Shown piece by piece: positions 10,875 through 22,782 of a stretch of 64,000 nt of DNA. The notes beneath the pieces are model-generated. The model searched no databases. It saw only the letters and a program-made list of their open reading frames with translations, and was not told where the DNA came from. The stretch comes from Pseudomonadales bacterium (GTDB lineage: Bacteria; Pseudomonadota; Gammaproteobacteria; Pseudomonadales; Azotimanducaceae): NCBI GenBank assembly GCA_028279305.1, contig JANQOA010000208.1, positions 3,707 through 67,706 on the forward strand. The letters are read 5' to 3'. The position numbers were made by a program, and so were the translations under genes. Numbering within the stretch: position 1 is the stretch's first letter; each line of letters begins with the position of its first letter.

Positions 10875-11416
10875 GCGATGCTGCGCCGCAGCCTGCAGTC
10901 ACCCGTGTGCAGTTGCCGGATGAGCAGGCCACCGTGGCGCTGGGCGGAGGGCTGGCGGAACAGCTGCTGACGCGTTATCAAGGTGACGCACTGGTTTTGC
11001 TGCGCGGTCAGCTGGGTGCCGGGAAGACCACCGTGGTGCGAGGCCTGCTGCGCCGGCTGGGCTATCAGGGCGTGGTGAAAAGTCCAACCTACACTCTGTT
11101 GGAGCCGTATGTTATAGATGGCCTGGAGATCTTCCACTTTGACCTGTACCGGGTGCGGGACCCGCAGGAGCTGGAGTTTGTGGGAATTGATGAAATTGTT
11201 GATGGTCCGGGTATCAAGTTGTTTGAATGGCCGGAACATGCCGCCCAGTGGTTGCCGGCCGCGGATTTGGAGGTTGACCTGGAGGTTGTCGGGGCAGGTA
11301 AAATGCAGCGTTCTCAGCCACCTGCGGAAAACGACAACGGTTTGCAAACGATACCGGCTGAACAATCGCTGGACAACCGGTCCCCGGCCAGGATAGCCCA
11401 TGTCCGTTATGCCTGA
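10871..11416 (+). CDS. tsaE: tRNA t6A ATPase TsaE
   Basis: GQLGAGKTT, SPTYTL, HFDLYR, EWPE. Confidence 0.93.
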   Translation: MSDAAPQPAVTRVQLPDEQATVALGGGLAEQLLTRYQGDALVLLRGQLGAGKTTVVRGLLRRLGYQGVVKSPTYTLLEPYVIDGLEIFHFDLYRVRDPQELEFVGIDEIVDGPGIKLFEWPEHAAQWLPAADLEVDLEVVGAGKMQRSQPPAENDNGLQTIPAEQSLDNRSPARIAHVRYA

Positions 11417-12719
11417 CATTCGCCCGCTGCTGCTCACCGGCGGTCTGCTGTGCAGCCTGTTGAGCCTGGCTGCGCCGGCGGCCACGCTGCAGGGCATCCG
11501 CATGCACGAGGCGCCTGACTCGACCCGGGTGGTATTTGATATCGATAAGCAGGTTACCTATAAGCTGTTCACTCTGGACAATCCGCACCGGGTGGTCATC
11601 GATCTGCAGTCCGTGCGGCCCCGGGCAGGTTTTGACCCCAGTGCAGTGGCAGTAGGCCGCAAACGGGTCAGCAAGCTGCGCGGGGCTGACCGTTCCGGCG
11701 CGTACCGGGTTGTTATAGACACCAAGCTCTCGCTGAAGCCGTCTGCGTTTACCCTGCAACCGATCAAGCCCTACGGGCACCGGCTTGTTGTGGATCTGTT
11801 TGAGCCGCGCAAACAGCAGCCCGCGCCGCAGCCGCCGCGCAAAGACCGCAACGTTGTTATTGCCCTGGATGCCGGCCACGGCGGTGATGACCCGGGCGCC
11901 ATCGGCCCGGGCCGCATCCAGGAAAAACTTGTGGTGCTGCAGATTGCCCGCCGGGTGAAACAGAAGCTGGACGCCCAACGGGGCTTTGAAGCGGTGCTGG
12001 TGCGTACCGGCGACTACTATCTGGCGCATCGTAAGCGCACCGATGTGGCGCGCAGTAAACGTGCAGACCTGTTTATCTCCATCCACGCCGACGCGTTCAA
12101 GCAGGCTAACGTAAGGGGTGCGTCGGTTTATACGCTGTCCGACCGCGGCGCCACCAGCGAAACCGCTAAGTGGTTGGCCGAGCGCGAAAACCGTTCCGAT
12201 CTGTTGGGCGGTGTGGGTGATGTCAGCCTCACCGATCGGGATCCGGTGCTGGCACACGTGCTGTTGGATCTGTCCATGGATGCCAACCGTTCGCAAAGTA
12301 TAGAGGCAGGCGCGGCCATCCTCGCCAATCTGGGGCGGGTCACCAAACTGCACAAAAATCGGGTTGAACAAGCTGCCTTTGTGGTGCTGAAGTCTCCGGA
12401 CATGCCATCGATATTGGTGGAAACCGGGTTTATATCCAATCCGGACGAAGCGCGGCGGCTGTCTCAGGCAGAACACCAGGACAAAGTCGCGCGGGCCATT
12501 GCCAGGGGGGTGGAGCAGTTCATGCGCAGCAACCCGCCGCCGGGAACTTTACTGGCAAAGCTGGGCGGCGAAGTGCGTTACACCATTGTGCGGGGTGATA
12601 CGCTGTCGAAGATTGCCCAGCGTTATGGCATCAGTTCAAAATCTTTGCGCGCCCGCAATAACCTGGCCAACGATAAAATCAGGGTGGGTCAGGTGCTGCT
12701 GATCCCCACCGCCGGATAA
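11409..12719 (+). CDS. amiB: N-acetylmuramoyl-L-alanine amidase (AMIN, Amidase_3, LysM)
   Basis: Signal peptide, DAGHGG, SIHAD, ETGFISN, C-terminal LysM; lies between tsaE and mutL. Confidence 0.9.
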   Translation: MPDIRPLLLTGGLLCSLLSLAAPAATLQGIRMHEAPDSTRVVFDIDKQVTYKLFTLDNPHRVVIDLQSVRPRAGFDPSAVAVGRKRVSKLRGADRSGAYRVVIDTKLSLKPSAFTLQPIKPYGHRLVVDLFEPRKQQPAPQPPRKDRNVVIALDAGHGGDDPGAIGPGRIQEKLVVLQIARRVKQKLDAQRGFEAVLVRTGDYYLAHRKRTDVARSKRADLFISIHADAFKQANVRGASVYTLSDRGATSETAKWLAERENRSDLLGGVGDVSLTDRDPVLAHVLLDLSMDANRSQSIEAGAAILANLGRVTKLHKNRVEQAAFVVLKSPDMPSILVETGFISNPDEARRLSQAEHQDKVARAIARGVEQFMRSNPPPGTLLAKLGGEVRYTIVRGDTLSKIAQRYGISSKSLRARNNLANDKIRVGQVLLIPTAG

Positions 12720-14543
12720 ATGGACCTGCCGCGCGTACACAAGCTGTCCAGCTTTGTGGCTGACCAGATTGCTGCCGGTGAAGTGGTGGAGCGGCCGGCT
12801 TCGATCGTCAAAGAGCTGGTCGAAAACAGCCTGGATGCGGGTGCGACAAAAATTGACATTCGTGCGGAGGCTGGTGGGGTGGCGCTGTTGTGGGTTCAGG
12901 ACAACGGCCACGGCATTGCTGCTGAAGACCTGGAGCTGGCCATGCAGCGGCACGCCACCAGCAAGATCAGCAGTGCTGACGATTTGCTCGGCGTGCGCAG
13001 CCTGGGATTCCGCGGCGAAGCGCTGGCCAGCGTCTGTTCGGTGGCCAGAGTGACTTTAACCTCAGCGGTAGCGGGCGAGACCGGCAGCGTGCGCGAGGTG
13101 CACGGGGGTGAACTGCTGCGGGAGGGGCCCCAGGCCCACCATCCGGGTACCACCGTTGAAGTGCGCGATCTGTTCTTCAACACCCCGGCACGGCGCAAAT
13201 TCCTGAAAAGTGAACGGGCGGAAAGCGCGGCCATTGCACAGGTTGTGCGGCGTCTCAGTCTGGCGCATATGGACGTGGCTTTCACTCTGCGTCAGGCTTC
13301 AGCGGATGCGGCGCGGGCCCGTCAGTTTGTGCTGCCGGCCCACGAACCGCAGCAGCGGCTGGCCAAGGTGCTGAGTGCTGAATTTGCCGCTAACCACATC
13401 AGCATCGACGAAAGCTGGGACGATTTGCGTTTAACCGGCTGGGTGGCGCTGCCGCAACACAACCGCCGGTTGGCAGACCAGCAGTACTTCTACGTCAACG
13501 GCCGCGCCATTCGCGACAAGGTGGTTGGCCACGCGGTGCGGCAGGCGTACCAGGATGTCATGTTCCACGGGCGTCAGGCGGTTTTTGTCCTTTACTTGGA
13601 ATTGCCGGATAAAGGCGTTGACGTCAATGTGCACCCGACAAAAAGTGAAGTGCGCTTTCGTGATGCGCGGCGGGTCCACGACTTTATTTTTGCCGCCCTG
13701 CACCGGGCGTTAAAAGCGGTGCGCCCCGGGGTGGAGCCGGCTCAGGCCGGCGCTGCTGCAGAAGCACCTGCGGCAGTGCCGGCGGCCGCCGCAGCGGAAC
13801 CGGCACCGGCAATGGAAATGGATCTGCCGATCAGTGCCGGGGGTGCAACGCCAACACCGGCCGGTGGTTTTGCCCAACTGGTGGCGGAACACAGCCCCGG
13901 GCCCTATGCGGCGGACACGGCGGCGCGGCCGCCGGGACCCGCCGCCGATGCGGGCAGCATGCCCCCGCTTGGATATGCAATCGCGCAGTTGCATGGAATA
14001 TATATCCTTGCCCAGAACGCGGCCGGACTGGTGATTGTCGACATGCACGCGGCTCACGAGCGTATTAATTACGAAAAACTCAAAGCCCAGGTCGCCGCCC
14101 AGGGTGTGCCGCGTCAGCGCTTGCTGGTGCCGCTGAGCGTGGACGTCAGCACGGCGGATGCTGACCTGGTGGAGGATGCTCAGGCGCAACTACGGGAGAT
14201 TGGTCTGTGGGTGGACCGTACCGGACCGCAAACGGTGTGCGTACGGGAAGCGCCGGCCTTGTTCAGCGGCAGTAACCTGCACCGGATGCTGCAGGATTTC
14301 CTTGCTGAGTTGAGTGAATTCGGCAGCAGCGATGAGATTGGCAGGCGTCAACTGGACGTTTTGTCCAGCATGGCCTGTCATGGCTCCGTGCGCGCTAACC
14401 GGCAACTCAGCCTGGCGGAGATGAATGCTCTGCTGCGTGATATGGAGCACACCGAAAATGCGGGTCTGTGTAATCACGGCCGCCCGACCTACTTTATGCG
14501 CAGCCTGGATGAACTGGACCGGTTGTTTTTGAGGGGCCAGTAA
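12720..14543 (+). CDS. mutL: DNA mismatch repair protein MutL
   Basis: AAGEVVERP, GFRGEAL, DMHAAHER, CNHGRP. Confidence 0.97.
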   Translation: MDLPRVHKLSSFVADQIAAGEVVERPASIVKELVENSLDAGATKIDIRAEAGGVALLWVQDNGHGIAAEDLELAMQRHATSKISSADDLLGVRSLGFRGEALASVCSVARVTLTSAVAGETGSVREVHGGELLREGPQAHHPGTTVEVRDLFFNTPARRKFLKSERAESAAIAQVVRRLSLAHMDVAFTLRQASADAARARQFVLPAHEPQQRLAKVLSAEFAANHISIDESWDDLRLTGWVALPQHNRRLADQQYFYVNGRAIRDKVVGHAVRQAYQDVMFHGRQAVFVLYLELPDKGVDVNVHPTKSEVRFRDARRVHDFIFAALHRALKAVRPGVEPAQAGAAAEAPAAVPAAAAAEPAPAMEMDLPISAGGATPTPAGGFAQLVAEHSPGPYAADTAARPPGPAADAGSMPPLGYAIAQLHGIYILAQNAAGLVIVDMHAAHERINYEKLKAQVAAQGVPRQRLLVPLSVDVSTADADLVEDAQAQLREIGLWVDRTGPQTVCVREAPALFSGSNLHRMLQDFLAELSEFGSSDEIGRRQLDVLSSMACHGSVRANRQLSLAEMNALLRDMEHTENAGLCNHGRPTYFMRSLDELDRLFLRGQ

Positions 14544-14546
14544 GCC

Positions 14547-15518
14547 GTGACTACGCCGCTGCCGCCGGTAGTGATCATTATCGGTCCTACCGCGGCAGGC
14601 AAAACCGCGGTGGCATGCGCCTTAATGGACGAGTTGCCGCAACCGGTGATGTTGATCAGCGCGGACTCCGCCATGGTCTACCGCGGCATGGATATCGGTA
14701 CCGCGAAGCCTGACGCGCAACATCTTGCGCGCTACCCGCATCAGTTGATTGATATACGTGATCCCACCGAACCGTATACGGCCGCGGATTTTGTCCGTGA
14801 CGCGGATGCTTGTGTGCGCCGGGCCCGGGCGGCGGGCCGGGTAGCGGTGATTGTTGGCGGCACCATGCTGTATGTAAAACGTTTTGTGGAAGGCATTGCA
14901 CCCCTGCCGGAGGCCCAGCCGCGCCTGCGCGCTGAACTGGCGGCGCGGTTTGAACGCGAAGGCGGCGCGGCGCTGCATGCGGAACTCGCGGTACTGGACC
15001 CGGCGGCCGCCAGGGGTATTCATGCCAACAACCGGCAACGCCTGCTGCGCGCGCTGGAAGTGGTCATGCTCAGCGGACGGCAAAGCTTAAGCGCGCAGTG
15101 GTCACGGCAGAGGACCGTGCAGCAGCGGCTGGGTGGACCGGTGCTGCAGGTGGGTTTAATGCCGCTGGACCGTAACCGCCTGCATGGTCTTATAGAAACG
15201 CGTTTTCAGCAGATGCTGCGGGATGGATTTGAAGCTGAAGCGCAGGCTCTGTACGCACGCGGTGATCTGCACCCGGAGTTGCCCGCCATGCGGGCGGTAG
15301 GCTACCGCCAGGCCTGGCGCTATTTCAGCGGGCAGCTGGATTATGCAGGCTTTTGCGCCGACACCCTCACGGCCACCCGGAGGCTGGCGAAACGGCAGAT
15401 GACGTGGATGCGCACCTGGCCCGGCCTGCAGCAGTTGGACAGCCCGCTGGGGCCGGCGGATGTGAGCCGCCTGGCACGGCAAATCAGCGGGCTTGTGAAC
15501 GCTGCAACGCTTGAATAG
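14547..15518 (+). CDS. miaA: tRNA dimethylallyltransferase
   Basis: GPTAAGKT, DSAMVYRGMDIGTAKP, AKRQMTW. Confidence 0.96.
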   Translation: MTTPLPPVVIIIGPTAAGKTAVACALMDELPQPVMLISADSAMVYRGMDIGTAKPDAQHLARYPHQLIDIRDPTEPYTAADFVRDADACVRRARAAGRVAVIVGGTMLYVKRFVEGIAPLPEAQPRLRAELAARFEREGGAALHAELAVLDPAAARGIHANNRQRLLRALEVVMLSGRQSLSAQWSRQRTVQQRLGGPVLQVGLMPLDRNRLHGLIETRFQQMLRDGFEAEAQALYARGDLHPELPAMRAVGYRQAWRYFSGQLDYAGFCADTLTATRRLAKRQMTWMRTWPGLQQLDSPLGPADVSRLARQISGLVNAATLE

Positions 15519-15725
15519 ACGGTCTGCGGACCCCATGTTACGCTTGGTATCACTTGTGCAATCTTCTCCCGCCGGTTTGGCGGGCCGCGCTTTGTTACTG
15601 AACGTTTTGCCAGATCGGTTTTCCAATAGGAACGCCATCCGGATTGCGGGTGCGCTCAAACTCAATAAAACATATCGCGAAAAATAAAGACGAGTTGCAC
15701 GCCACTATGGTGAAAGGAGAACACA

Positions 15726-15959
15726 ATGTCGAAGGGGCAAAGTTTACAAGACCCTTATCTCAATGCGTTGCGCAAGGAGCGGGTACCCGTATCGATTTAC
15801 CTGGTGAACGGCATAAAGCTGCAGGGTCAGATTGAATCTTTTGATCAATTTGTAGTGCTGTTAAAAAACTCGGTAAGTCAGATGGTGTACAAACACGCCA
15901 TATCAACCGTAGTGCCGGCGCGGAATGTGAAAATCGCGTCAGCCGCCGAGGAGGAATAG
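15726..15959 (+). CDS. hfq: RNA chaperone Hfq
   Basis: [10 protein letters not shown]...[10 protein letters not shown]. Confidence 0.98.
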   Translation: MSKGQSLQDPYLNALRKERVPVSIYLVNGIKLQGQIESFDQFVVLLKNSVSQMVYKHAISTVVPARNVKIASAAEEE

Positions 15960-16033
15960 CCCTATTGCCCACAGCGCTCCCCGGCAGCGGGGAGGCTGAG
16001 ACCCGGTCAATAAGCGTCTAGGGCAAGCTCGCC

Positions 16034-17341
16034 ATGTTGTTTGAACGACCCGAAGCCGGACGCCAAGCCATAGTCCTGCACATAGAGCTGAAACAGGCGG
16101 ACAATCCTGATGCCGGCGAATTTGTGGAACTGGCCCGCTCCGCGGAGATTACCGTGGTGGAGGTGATGCGTGCGCGGCGCGACGCGCCGCAGCCGCGTAC
16201 CTTTGTGGGCTCCGGCAAGGTGGCGGAACTGCGCGGCCGGCTGCGCGCCCTGGGCGCGGACCTGGTGCTGGTCAATCACGAACTCAGCGCCGGCCAGCAG
16301 CGTAACCTGGAACGCAGCCTGGACTGCCGCATCATTACCCGCACCGAACTTATACTCACCATCTTCGCCAGCCGCGCGCGCAGTCACGAGGGGCAGCTGC
16401 AGGTGGAGCTGGCGCAGCTTAAACATGCACAGACGCGGCTGGTCAGAGGCTGGACCCACCTCGACCGGCAGAAGGGCGGTATTGGTCTGCGCGGTGCCGG
16501 CGAGAAACAGATCGAACTTGATCAGCGCATGCTCAGCGTGCGCATAAAAGCCACGGAAAAGAAGCTGGCGGAGGTGGTCAAACGCCGCGGCCAGAGCCGG
16601 CGCAGCCGCGACCGGCGCGGCACCCCTACCATTACCCTGGTCGGCTATACCAATGCCGGCAAGTCAACGCTGTTTAACCGGCTGACCGATGCCGGCGTCT
16701 ATGCGGAAGACCAGTTGTTTGCCACCCTTGACCCCACCATGCGCAAACTGCGGGTGCCGGGCCTCAATGATGTGGTGCTGGCGGATACGGTGGGCTTTGT
16801 CAGCCTGCTGCCCCATGCCCTGGTGGAGGCTTTTAAAGCCACGCTGGAAGAGGTGGTGTATGCGGACCTGCTGTTGCATGTGGTGGATGCCGCGGATGCG
16901 GCCGCCGAACAGCACGCCCAGCAGGTGCGGCAGGTGCTGCGGGAAATTGGTGCCGGCCAGGTGCCGGAAATTGTCGTGTTAAACAAAATGGACCTGGTCA
17001 ATGCAGAGCAGCCCCACAGTTGTATACTGACGGCAACTGAAACCTCCAGGGTATACAAAGTCAGCGCTAAAACCGGTGCTGGAGTCACTGCCCTGATAGA
17101 CGGCCTGGGTGCGGCCCTTGGCGTTGCGGCACCGCACGAAGCCATTCTGCAGCCCCATGACGGCAGCACCCGCGCCTGGTTGTACCGGTCCGGGGCGGTT
17201 TTGAGCGAATCTACCCTGGCTGACGGCTGCTTGCAGTTGACGTTGCAGGCGGATGAGTATCTATTAGCACAATTACGCAAGAAGCCGCGCGTTTTGTTGC
17301 GTGTAAAGGGTGCCCTGCCTAAAATTTCGAACGGCAACTAA
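16034..17341 (+). CDS. hflX: Ribosome rescue GTPase HflX
   Basis: GYTNAGKST, FATLDPT, DTVGF, NKMD. Confidence 0.97.
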   Translation: MLFERPEAGRQAIVLHIELKQADNPDAGEFVELARSAEITVVEVMRARRDAPQPRTFVGSGKVAELRGRLRALGADLVLVNHELSAGQQRNLERSLDCRIITRTELILTIFASRARSHEGQLQVELAQLKHAQTRLVRGWTHLDRQKGGIGLRGAGEKQIELDQRMLSVRIKATEKKLAEVVKRRGQSRRSRDRRGTPTITLVGYTNAGKSTLFNRLTDAGVYAEDQLFATLDPTMRKLRVPGLNDVVLADTVGFVSLLPHALVEAFKATLEEVVYADLLLHVVDAADAAAEQHAQQVRQVLREIGAGQVPEIVVLNKMDLVNAEQPHSCILTATETSRVYKVSAKTGAGVTALIDGLGAALGVAAPHEAILQPHDGSTRAWLYRSGAVLSESTLADGCLQLTLQADEYLLAQLRKKPRVLLRVKGALPKISNGN

Positions 17342-17382
17342 CACTAGAGTGCGCGGCTTGATGATCAATTTCGGAGTAATTT

Positions 17383-18525
17383 ATGGCGTGGAATGAGCCG
17401 GGTGGTGGCGACAATAAAGACCCCTGGGGTAACCGTGGCGACCAGGGTCCACCGGATCTGGATGAAGCCATCCGCAAATTGCAGGCGCAATTGTCGGGTA
17501 TTTTCGGCGGCGGCAAAGGCGGAGGCAGCGGCCGCGGCAGCGCCGGCCTGTCCGGCGGCGTACTTGGGCTGGGTCTGTTTGCGGTAATTGTAGTTTATCT
17601 GGTGATGGGTATTTATCAGGTGGATCAGCAGGAGCGGGCAGTGATCTTCCGCTTCGGCGCGGCGCTGGAAGAGCCGGAAGGCCCCGGGCTGCATTGGAAT
17701 CCGCCGATTATCGACGAAGTGGACGTCATCAACGTCACGCAGGTGCAGTCTCACAGCCACCAGTCGTTGATGTTGACCCGGGACGAGAACATTGTCGACG
17801 TCAGCCTGACCGTGCAGTGGGTGGTGGACGATGCCATCGACTACCGGGTTAACGTTAAAGATCCCACGGTCAGCCTGACCCACGCCACGGAAAGCGCGCT
17901 GCGCCATGTGGTAGGCAGTTCAAACATGGACCAGGTGATCACCGACGGCCGGGAAGCTATAGCCGCGGAGGTACAGGAGCGGCTGCAGGCTTATCTGAAC
18001 AGTTACGGTACCGGCATTTTTATCCGCAAGGTGAATATTGACCGCAGCGCCCCGCCGTCCCAGGTGGAGGATGCATTTAACGACGTGCAGAAAGCCAAGG
18101 AGGACCGGCAGCGCTTCATTAACCAGGCCACTGCCTACCTGGAACAGGTTGTACCGGAGGCGCGCGGCCGCGCGCAGCGGCAGATAGAAGAAGCGAATGC
18201 ATACCGCGACCAGGTGATCGCGCAGTCTGAAGGTGAGGCCCAGCGCTTCGAAAAACTGTTGGCGGAGTATTCCCAGGCCAAAGAGGTTACCCGGGACAGG
18301 CTTTATCTGGACGCGCTGGAGTCGGTATTCGCCAATTCCAGCAAGGTGATGGTGGACGTAGAGGGTGGTAACAACCTGATGTACCTGCCCCTGGATCAGC
18401 TCAGCCGGCAGCGCACCGGCGGCGGCCTGGAGATAGATCAGTCGATGATGGATAACGCCGTGGAGCGTATCCTGCGCGAAGTCAACAAAGCCAGAAACAA
18501 CGGCGGCCGCATCCGCGGAAATTAG
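17383..18525 (+). CDS. hflK: FtsH modulator HflK
   Basis: MAWNEPG...GPPDLDE, SPFH domain. Confidence 0.96.
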   Translation: MAWNEPGGGDNKDPWGNRGDQGPPDLDEAIRKLQAQLSGIFGGGKGGGSGRGSAGLSGGVLGLGLFAVIVVYLVMGIYQVDQQERAVIFRFGAALEEPEGPGLHWNPPIIDEVDVINVTQVQSHSHQSLMLTRDENIVDVSLTVQWVVDDAIDYRVNVKDPTVSLTHATESALRHVVGSSNMDQVITDGREAIAAEVQERLQAYLNSYGTGIFIRKVNIDRSAPPSQVEDAFNDVQKAKEDRQRFINQATAYLEQVVPEARGRAQRQIEEANAYRDQVIAQSEGEAQRFEKLLAEYSQAKEVTRDRLYLDALESVFANSSKVMVDVEGGNNLMYLPLDQLSRQRTGGGLEIDQSMMDNAVERILREVNKARNNGGRIRGN

Positions 18526-18534
18526 GAGATCAAC

Positions 18535-19404
18535 ATGTCTATGCGAGCATTGGTTGTGTTAGTGGTCCTGTTAGTCGCAGTGGTTCTGGGCAGCCAGGCG
18601 GTCTACAAGGTACATGAAACGGAACGTGCCATCCTGCTGGAATTTGGTGAGATGGTGAAGGCGGACGTGCAGCCGGGCCTGCACTTCAAGCTGCCTATAG
18701 CGCAGGAGGCGAAACGCTTTGACGGACGCGTACTGTCTTTGGACTCAGCCCCGGAAACCTACTACACCCTGGAGAAGAAGCCGCTTGAAGTGGACTCTTT
18801 TGTGAAGTGGCGGGTGTCTGATGTGGCCAGGTTTTATGAGAGCGCCTCGTTTGATCTGGTGCGCGCCAACCGGCTGCTGCAGGAGCGGGTTAACGAAGGT
18901 TTACGCAACCAGATCAGCCGCCGCGACATGCACGAAGTGGTATCCGGCGAGCGGGACCAGCTGATGGGTGAGTTGCGTGACGACCTGGACAAGGTGATGC
19001 GCGGTTACGGCGTGGAAGTGATAGACGTGCGGGTTAAGCGCATTGACCTGCCGGCGCGGGTATCGGATTCGGTTTACGACCGCATGAATTCGGAGCGGGA
19101 AATCGAAGCGCGCCAGTTCCGCGCTGAAGGCCAGGAGCAGGCCTTGGCCATCCGCGCCAAGGCGGACCGGGACGCGGTGGTGATCGAAGCGGAGGCCTAC
19201 CGGGAAAGTGAGCAGATCCGCGGTGACGGGGATGCCAAATCCGCGGCAATTTATGCCTCGGCTTATAACCGCGACCCGGAGTTCTACGAGTTCTACCGCA
19301 GCATTAACGCATACACCACGGTGTTCTCAAACAAGGGTGATCTGCTGGTGCTTGATCCGACAAGCGAATTCTTCAAGTACCTGGAAAACGGCGACGGTTC
19401 CTGA
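18535..19404 (+). CDS. hflC: FtsH modulator HflC
   Basis: PGLHFKLP, DPEFYEFYRS; follows hflK. Confidence 0.96.
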   Translation: MSMRALVVLVVLLVAVVLGSQAVYKVHETERAILLEFGEMVKADVQPGLHFKLPIAQEAKRFDGRVLSLDSAPETYYTLEKKPLEVDSFVKWRVSDVARFYESASFDLVRANRLLQERVNEGLRNQISRRDMHEVVSGERDQLMGELRDDLDKVMRGYGVEVIDVRVKRIDLPARVSDSVYDRMNSEREIEARQFRAEGQEQALAIRAKADRDAVVIEAEAYRESEQIRGDGDAKSAAIYASAYNRDPEFYEFYRSINAYTTVFSNKGDLLVLDPTSEFFKYLENGDGS

Positions 19405-19410
19405 AAGGAT

Positions 19411-19443
19411 GGCGGCAGTCCGGGTTTCCGGTTGACTGCCGCC
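19411..19443. other. Intergenic hairpin between hflC and hisZ
   Basis: GGCGGCAGTC...GACTGCCGCC perfect 10-bp inverted repeat; no U-tract. Confidence 0.5.
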
Positions 19444-19474
19444 GCCACCTTGAACGCAATTTAAAGACTACCAA

Positions 19475-20644
19475 ATGAAAACACACTGGCGACTGCCGCG
19501 CGGCGTGGACGAACTGCTGCCGCCCACAGCCTGGGGGCTGGAACTGTTGCGCAGGCAGGTTCTGGACGTGTTTGTGTCCTGGGGTTTTGAGTACGTAGAA
19601 CCGCCGGTGATCGAATATCTGGAATCCCTGCTGGTGGGCAGCGGCGAAGACCTGGATCTGCAGACGCTTAAGGTAGTTGACCAGGTCAGCGGCCGGCAGC
19701 TCGGCGTGCGTGCGGATATGACCTCACAGGCGGTCCGTATCGATGCCCACAGTCTGGTTACGGATGCGGTGCAGCGGCTGTGTTATGCCGGCCCGGTCGT
19801 GTTTGCCAATCCGCAGATTGCACAGGCCTCCAGGGTACCGTTTAAAGCCGGTGCTGAGATCTTTGGCGCGCAGACGCTGGCAGCGGATGCTGAGATGGTC
19901 AAGCTGGCGCTGGAAACACTGGCCGTGGCGGGTGTGGAACACCCGGTGCTGCTGCTGGGACACATGGGCATTTACCGCGCGTTGGTGCAGGCATTGATTG
20001 CCAGCGGTGATCTGGATGCGGACAACGAAAAAAGGCTGTTCAAGTGTGTGCAGCGAAAGTCCCAGGCGGATATCCGCGAGTTGCTCAAGCCCTCGGCTTT
20101 GTCCGAACTGATGGCCGTGCTGCCCACGCAGATGACCCAGGTGGAAGACCCGGCAGCGTTGTTGCCGGAACTACGCGCCCAGTTGCAGAAACTGCCGGGG
20201 AACGCGCTGGCGGCGTTTGACGAACTGCAGGCGCTGGCCGGCATGGTCAACAGCGAAACCAGTACGGTCAGGGTGGACGTATCAGAATTGTCGGGTTACG
20301 GGTACCACAACGGACCCGTGTTTGCGGTTTACCATCCCGAACACGGCCGCGCGCTGGCTCAGGGCGGGCGGTATGACGGTGTGGGGGAGGTCTTCGGACG
20401 CAGCCGGCCGGCAACCGGGTTTGATGTGAATTTAAAAAACCTGATTGCCGCGGATAGTCAGCCGGTGCCTGTTTTTGCCCCCTGGGTACCGGCGGCGGAG
20501 CAAGCGGAGTTGGAGGCGGCGGTGCAGAGCCTGCGCGCTGCCGGAGAGAGGGTGAGCTGCGGTTTGTCCGCACAGGAGCAGCCGCCGGCGGGCGCGCGGT
20601 TGCTGGTGAAGTCCGGCCGGTCCTGGCAGGTACAAGACGCCTGA
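19475..20644 (+). CDS. hisZ: ATP phosphoribosyltransferase regulatory subunit
   Basis: HisRS-like sequence (WRLPRGVDE, RADMT, GGRYD); directly upstream of purA. Confidence 0.92.
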   Translation: MKTHWRLPRGVDELLPPTAWGLELLRRQVLDVFVSWGFEYVEPPVIEYLESLLVGSGEDLDLQTLKVVDQVSGRQLGVRADMTSQAVRIDAHSLVTDAVQRLCYAGPVVFANPQIAQASRVPFKAGAEIFGAQTLAADAEMVKLALETLAVAGVEHPVLLLGHMGIYRALVQALIASGDLDADNEKRLFKCVQRKSQADIRELLKPSALSELMAVLPTQMTQVEDPAALLPELRAQLQKLPGNALAAFDELQALAGMVNSETSTVRVDVSELSGYGYHNGPVFAVYHPEHGRALAQGGRYDGVGEVFGRSRPATGFDVNLKNLIAADSQPVPVFAPWVPAAEQAELEAAVQSLRAAGERVSCGLSAQEQPPAGARLLVKSGRSWQVQDA

Positions 20645-20666
20645 AAGCGTAATAGAACAGAGTTAA

Positions 20667-21971
<1,305 letters not shown>

Positions 21972-21974
21972 GGG

Positions 21975-22421
21975 TTAAATGTCCGCCTGGGTAATCATTG
22001 CCGAGGTCGCGGCCATGCCGCTGAAGGCCGGCCGGTGAACGGTCAGGGTTGAAGAGTTGTTACTGTAATCTCCGGCAAAAACCAGACCCACGGCGCCATT
22101 GGTGGTATTGCCGGTGCCTGCTTCATACGCCACTCCACCGGCCGGCGCGCTGGACGGGAATGCGTTCATCAGATCCACCCAACCGGCTGAATCAGTGGGA
22201 ATCACACGGGCTACCGGTGCGCCCAGAGCGCTGAGGTTTTCCGCCGCGCGGTAGTTATTGCGGGCAGTAGAAACTGCCGCCTCAAAATTTGAGTTTAAAG
22301 ACTGGGCGCGTGTGGTTTCGATATAGTTTGAGTACGAGGCCAACCCGAGGGAGGCGACTATACCCAGTACCATGACCACAATCATCAGCTCCAGCAGGGT
22401 AAAACCCCGGTAATTGTTCAT
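21975..22421 (-). CDS. Orphan type IV pilin / pseudopilin
   Basis: Class III signal MNNYRG|FTLLELMIVVMVLGIVA from ATG 22421. Confidence 0.85.
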   Translation of the reverse strand: MNNYRGFTLLELMIVVMVLGIVASLGLASYSNYIETTRAQSLNSNFEAAVSTARNNYRAAENLSALGAPVARVIPTDSAGWVDLMNAFPSSAPAGGVAYEAGTGNTTNGAVGLVFAGDYSNNSSTLTVHRPAFSGMAATSAMITQADI

Positions 22422-22587
22422 GGCGTGGTGCTCCGAGCAACAACATATGGATAATAGGTGAACGTCAAGCGGGTATTTGTGAACCAGGTCTCGCTGCATC
22501 TGGGACCAGTGCAGGATTCCGGGCAAAACTGGCGGTTGCGGCCCGTAATCCGCGGTTTCTATATAGAGGTTTAATAGAGGTTTAACA

Positions 22588-22782
22588 TTGGATTCAAAAC
22601 TGCTCGAAGTGCTGGTCTGTCCCGTCACCAAAGGTGCTCTGTACCTGCAACGGGAGCAGTCGGAATTGTGGTGCAAAAGCAGCCGTCTGGCTTACCCGAT
22701 CCGCGATGATGTACCGGTGATGCTGGAGTCTGAAGCCCGGGAACTCAGCGAAGCGGAGTTGAAAACCCTGTCCAGCCGTTAA
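22588..22782 (+). CDS. Trm112 family protein (YcaR-like)
   Basis: LLEVLVCPVTKG...AYPIRDDVPVML. Confidence 0.9.
   Translation: MDSKLLEVLVCPVTKGALYLQREQSELWCKSSRLAYPIRDDVPVMLESEARELSEAELKTLSSR

Noticed and set aside
11214-12476. Long antisense ORFs (also 44814-46046, 56812-57864, 58780-59886, 30026-31012)
   Set aside because: Shadow frames of well-supported genes in GC-rich DNA; no motifs.
21975-22676. 233-aa version of the pilin ORF
   Set aside because: The extension overlaps the Trm112 gene; the class III signal places the start at 22421.
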